Assembly (NCBI GenBank): GCA_963810935.1
Contig: CAWEPK010000010.1
Span: 64,001-128,000 of the forward strand
From: an uncultured delta proteobacterium
Lineage (GTDB): Bacteria > Desulfobacterota > Syntrophorhabdia > Syntrophorhabdales > WCHB1-27
Length of the DNA: 64,000 nucleotides
Reading direction: 5' to 3'
Of the stretch, positions 61,638 to 64,000 are shown in pieces. The notes beneath the pieces are model-generated. The model was not told the DNA's origin and did no database searches. It was given only the letters and a program-made list of their open reading frames with translations. Made by a program: the position numbers and the translations under genes. Within the stretch, counting starts at the first letter, position 1; every line of letters begins with the position of its first letter.

Positions 61638-64000
61638 CTACCCCCTATTTTTGTCCTTCCTTGGAAAGAGACCGCACTGAAAGCATCGGTCGGCTTCCGC
61701 CTGCGCCGCCAGCTCCGTAAAACCGAGCTCGACTTCGGCAAAACAGCCTGTTCTGCTTTCTGCCGGCAGGCTAAGCATATTCTGGCGCTCACGCTTCCTG
61801 AACCTCTCTGTCTCTACGTCTTCAATCGGTATGGCAGCCGGTGAGGGATCATCGTAATCGAGCGGTTCGCCTCGCAAAAACCTGTCTACTCCGATTGCGG
61901 CCTTCTGCCCTGCCGCCACTGCCTCTATTACCGTCGCCGGCCCCGTTACGACGTCGCCGCACGCGAATATTCCGGCGACATTGGTGACCTTCGAACACTT
62001 ATGGGTGACGAGGCAGCCATTCGCGTCCGTCACAAACTTCCCTCCGCCGAGTGAAGAGACGTCGGGCGCCTCTCCGATGGCGATTATCAACGCATCGGCA
62101 GGGATTTCAAACTCCGAGCCTTGTACCGGCACCGGCCTTCTCCTCCCGCTTCCATCCTCTTCGCCAAGCTCCGTTCTGACGCACCGAAGCCCGGTCAATT
62201 TTTCGCCGTTTCCGATTGCCTTAACCGGCGCAGCAAGATAGACGATCTCTATCCCTTCCGCTTGAGCCGCCTCTATCTCTTCAGGATATGCCGGCATTTC
62301 GTCTCTCGATCTCCGATATAAAATCTTGATTTCCTTTGCCCCCAGCCGCCAGGCAGACCTTGCGGCATCGATAGCAGCGTTTCCGCCTCCCACGACAACC
62401 ACCCTCTCCCCTACGCGCGGGGAAGCACCTAAATTGACATCCTTCAGGAACGGGACGGCATGGAGAACGCCCACCAGGTCTTCGCCATCGATTCCGAGAC
62501 CGACGCTCTTGTTCGTGCCCGTTGCAAGGACTATTGCCTTGTAGCCTTCATCCCAAAGACTGTCCAGATCGGAACTGTTGCTGCCGATAGGCTTGTTCAA
62601 CCGTATCTCGACCCCGTATTTCCTGATATTGTCGATCTCAGCCCTGACGATGCCCTTTGGAAGGCGGTATTCGGGAATACCCATCATCAGCATGCCGCCG
62701 GGCACGGCAGATGCCTCAAATACGGTAACTCCGTAGCCCAGCCTGGCAAGGTAAAAACCTGCCGATAGGCCCGCCGGCCCGGACCCCACAACCGCCACCC
62801 TTTCTTCCCGCGTTCGGGGAAAGGCTGCAATCTCGCTCCTCGGTCTTCTCAAGTCAACCCTGTCGGCCACAAAACGCTTCAAGCCGTTTATGGCGACCGC
62901 CTTATCAAAAGCAGCCCGGTTGCATGAACCTTCGCATGGCCGGGGACAGACCCGGCCTACAGATGCAGGCAAGGGGACCTTGTCCTCGATCACGGCCAGG
63001 GCCTTCTCGTACTGCCCCTGGGCGGCGTAATCGATGTAGCTCCTGATGTCGATTCCCGCCGGACATGCGGCTCTGCACGGCGGTGTCAGAAGCCACGGCT
63101 CGGGCGCGTTCAACGCCCCTTTCGGCCATTCTATGCATACTACTGTCTCGTACCTCTCATCCGATTCGCTGCAGTAGCCGCATGCCGCACATTTAACGAT
63201 CTCGTCGTCCCGTCCTTCTCTTGCTTTTACGGGCCAGTCGGGATCGGCGAAGAGCGTCCTCGCCATGCCAACAATATCCGCTCTTCCCTGCCCGACGATT
63301 TCTTCCGCAAGGTCCGGCATCCTGATTTTGCCCGCGCAGACGACAGGTACGTCGTATCCTTCTTCTCTTATGGCCTCTCGCACGCCTTGCGCCAGGTAAA
63401 CCTGCACGCCGTCCCTGTTCCACCAGCGAGGGCTCATTCTGTAGCCGCTGTAACCCGTGCCTGCAAAGGGCGGGAAATTAGGCGGAGGAGGATCGGCGTC
63501 CTCGACCCTCTCACCCGCCGAGATGCTCATATAGTCTATGCCGAGCGCGGCCATGCGTCTGGCGATGCGCGCGCTCTGCAGCAGGGTATTCCCCTCTTTG
63601 GTAAACTCTTCGCCGAGCATCCTCATGCCGACCGTATAGTCCGGTCCGACGGCTTTTTTCGTTGCCATCACCACTTCGGTGGGCAGTTTGACTCGTCCCT
63701 CGAAGTCCCCCCCGTATTCATCCTGCCTCTTGTTAACTAGGGAGAGAAAAGACGCCAGGGTCGTAAAATGGGCCATGTGGAGCTCGACAAAGTCAAAGCC
63801 GGCCGACCTGGCTCGCACGGCCGCCTCGGCGAACTGTGCCGGTATGATCCCTATCTCTTCAGGCTTCAGGTCCTCCACCTTCTGCCGCCAGCCGCTTCTC
63901 GCTACTTTCAGAAAATGGATGAGCTGAAGGCCGATCTTCGTATCCCCGTTTACCTTCCTGATCTCCCTGACGAACGCCCGGATCTCTTCAATGAACTCGT
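61638..64000 (-). CDS. Old-yellow-enzyme-type NADH:flavin oxidoreductase fused to a GltD-like Fe-S/FAD/NAD(P) module (5' end outside the window)
   Basis: AGFDFVELHMAH, RQDEYGG, ADPDW, CAACGYC; then CRAACPAG, GRVCPRPCE-C, GSGPAG, GIPEYRLP, GGGNAAID, YRR, RCFQCG; frame open to the window edge. Confidence 0.88.
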   Translation of the reverse strand, partial: EFIEEIRAFVREIRKVNGDTKIGLQLIHFLKVARSGWRQKVEDLKPEEIGIIPAQFAEAAVRARSAGFDFVELHMAHFTTLASFLSLVNKRQDEYGGDFEGRVKLPTEVVMATKKAVGPDYTVGMRMLGEEFTKEGNTLLQSARIARRMAALGIDYMSISAGERVEDADPPPPNFPPFAGTGYSGYRMSPRWWNRDGVQVYLAQGVREAIREEGYDVPVVCAGKIRMPDLAEEIVGQGRADIVGMARTLFADPDWPVKAREGRDDEIVKCAACGYCSESDERYETVVCIEWPKGALNAPEPWLLTPPCRAACPAGIDIRSYIDYAAQGQYEKALAVIEDKVPLPASVGRVCPRPCEGSCNRAAFDKAVAINGLKRFVADRVDLRRPRSEIAAFPRTREERVAVVGSGPAGLSAGFYLARLGYGVTVFEASAVPGGMLMMGIPEYRLPKGIVRAEIDNIRKYGVEIRLNKPIGSNSSDLDSLWDEGYKAIVLATGTNKSVGLGIDGEDLVGVLHAVPFLKDVNLGASPRVGERVVVVGGGNAAIDAARSAWRLGAKEIKILYRRSRDEMPAYPEEIEAAQAEGIEIVYLAAPVKAIGNGEKLTGLRCVRTELGEEDGSGRRRPVPVQGSEFEIPADALIIAIGEAPDVSSLGGGKFVTDANGCLVTHKCSKVTNVAGIFACGDVVTGPATVIEAVAAGQKAAIGVDRFLRGEPLDYDDPSPAAIPIEDVETERFRKRERQNMLSLPAESRTGCFAEVELGFTELAAQAEADRCFQCGLFPRKDKNRG

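Noticed and set aside
1..64000. CRISPR array, rRNA or IS transposase
   Set aside because: No regularly spaced repeat-spacer array, rRNA-like sequence or DDE transposase ORF was seen.

Overview
A GC-rich bacterial chromosome segment. Gene content (alternative heme synthesis ahbD, FBP aldolase/phosphatase, multiheme cytochrome, selenoproteins, reductive dehalogenase homologue) suggests an anaerobe such as a Desulfobacterota/Syntrophorhabdus-like organism; this placement is inference. 1-22 kb is mostly housekeeping (miaB, fbp, surE, tRNA-Pro, tRNA-Glu, UvrD, HD-GYP, hemB, ahbD, polA, secA, argJ, rlmB, pyrF, MATE). 23.0-26.6 kb is a four-gene, apparently exported redox operon in which two genes are split by in-frame TGA codons at Cys-type motifs (GD-U-GSC and TN-U-ACT). 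Each TGA is followed 13 nt later by a SECIS-like hairpin, so both are probably selenoproteins; a tetraheme cytochrome c and a CxC rhodanese complete the operon. After purL/purN-like and tRNA-Leu(CAA), an ~8.9 kb AT-richer island is bounded by a 55-bp att repeat. It carries a tyrosine integrase, XRE and Xis-like regulators, a small HUH protein preceded by a highly structured non-coding region, and defence-like cargo (divergent diadenylate-cyclase-fold protein coupled to a HEPN-like helical protein, plus a Schlafen/AlbA_2 protein). A remnant of an older integrase follows, then ackA, a P3A H+-ATPase and phosphoketolase. Next come a Liv-type ABC transporter co-oriented with a Tat-less reductive dehalogenase homologue and an aminotransferase, and a Mo-oxidoreductase/hbd/RidA/OYE-GltD cluster. 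At least seven genes, including essential secA, carry apparent single-base frameshifts that look like sequencing or assembly indels. All calls come from motif recognition by eye; no searches were run.
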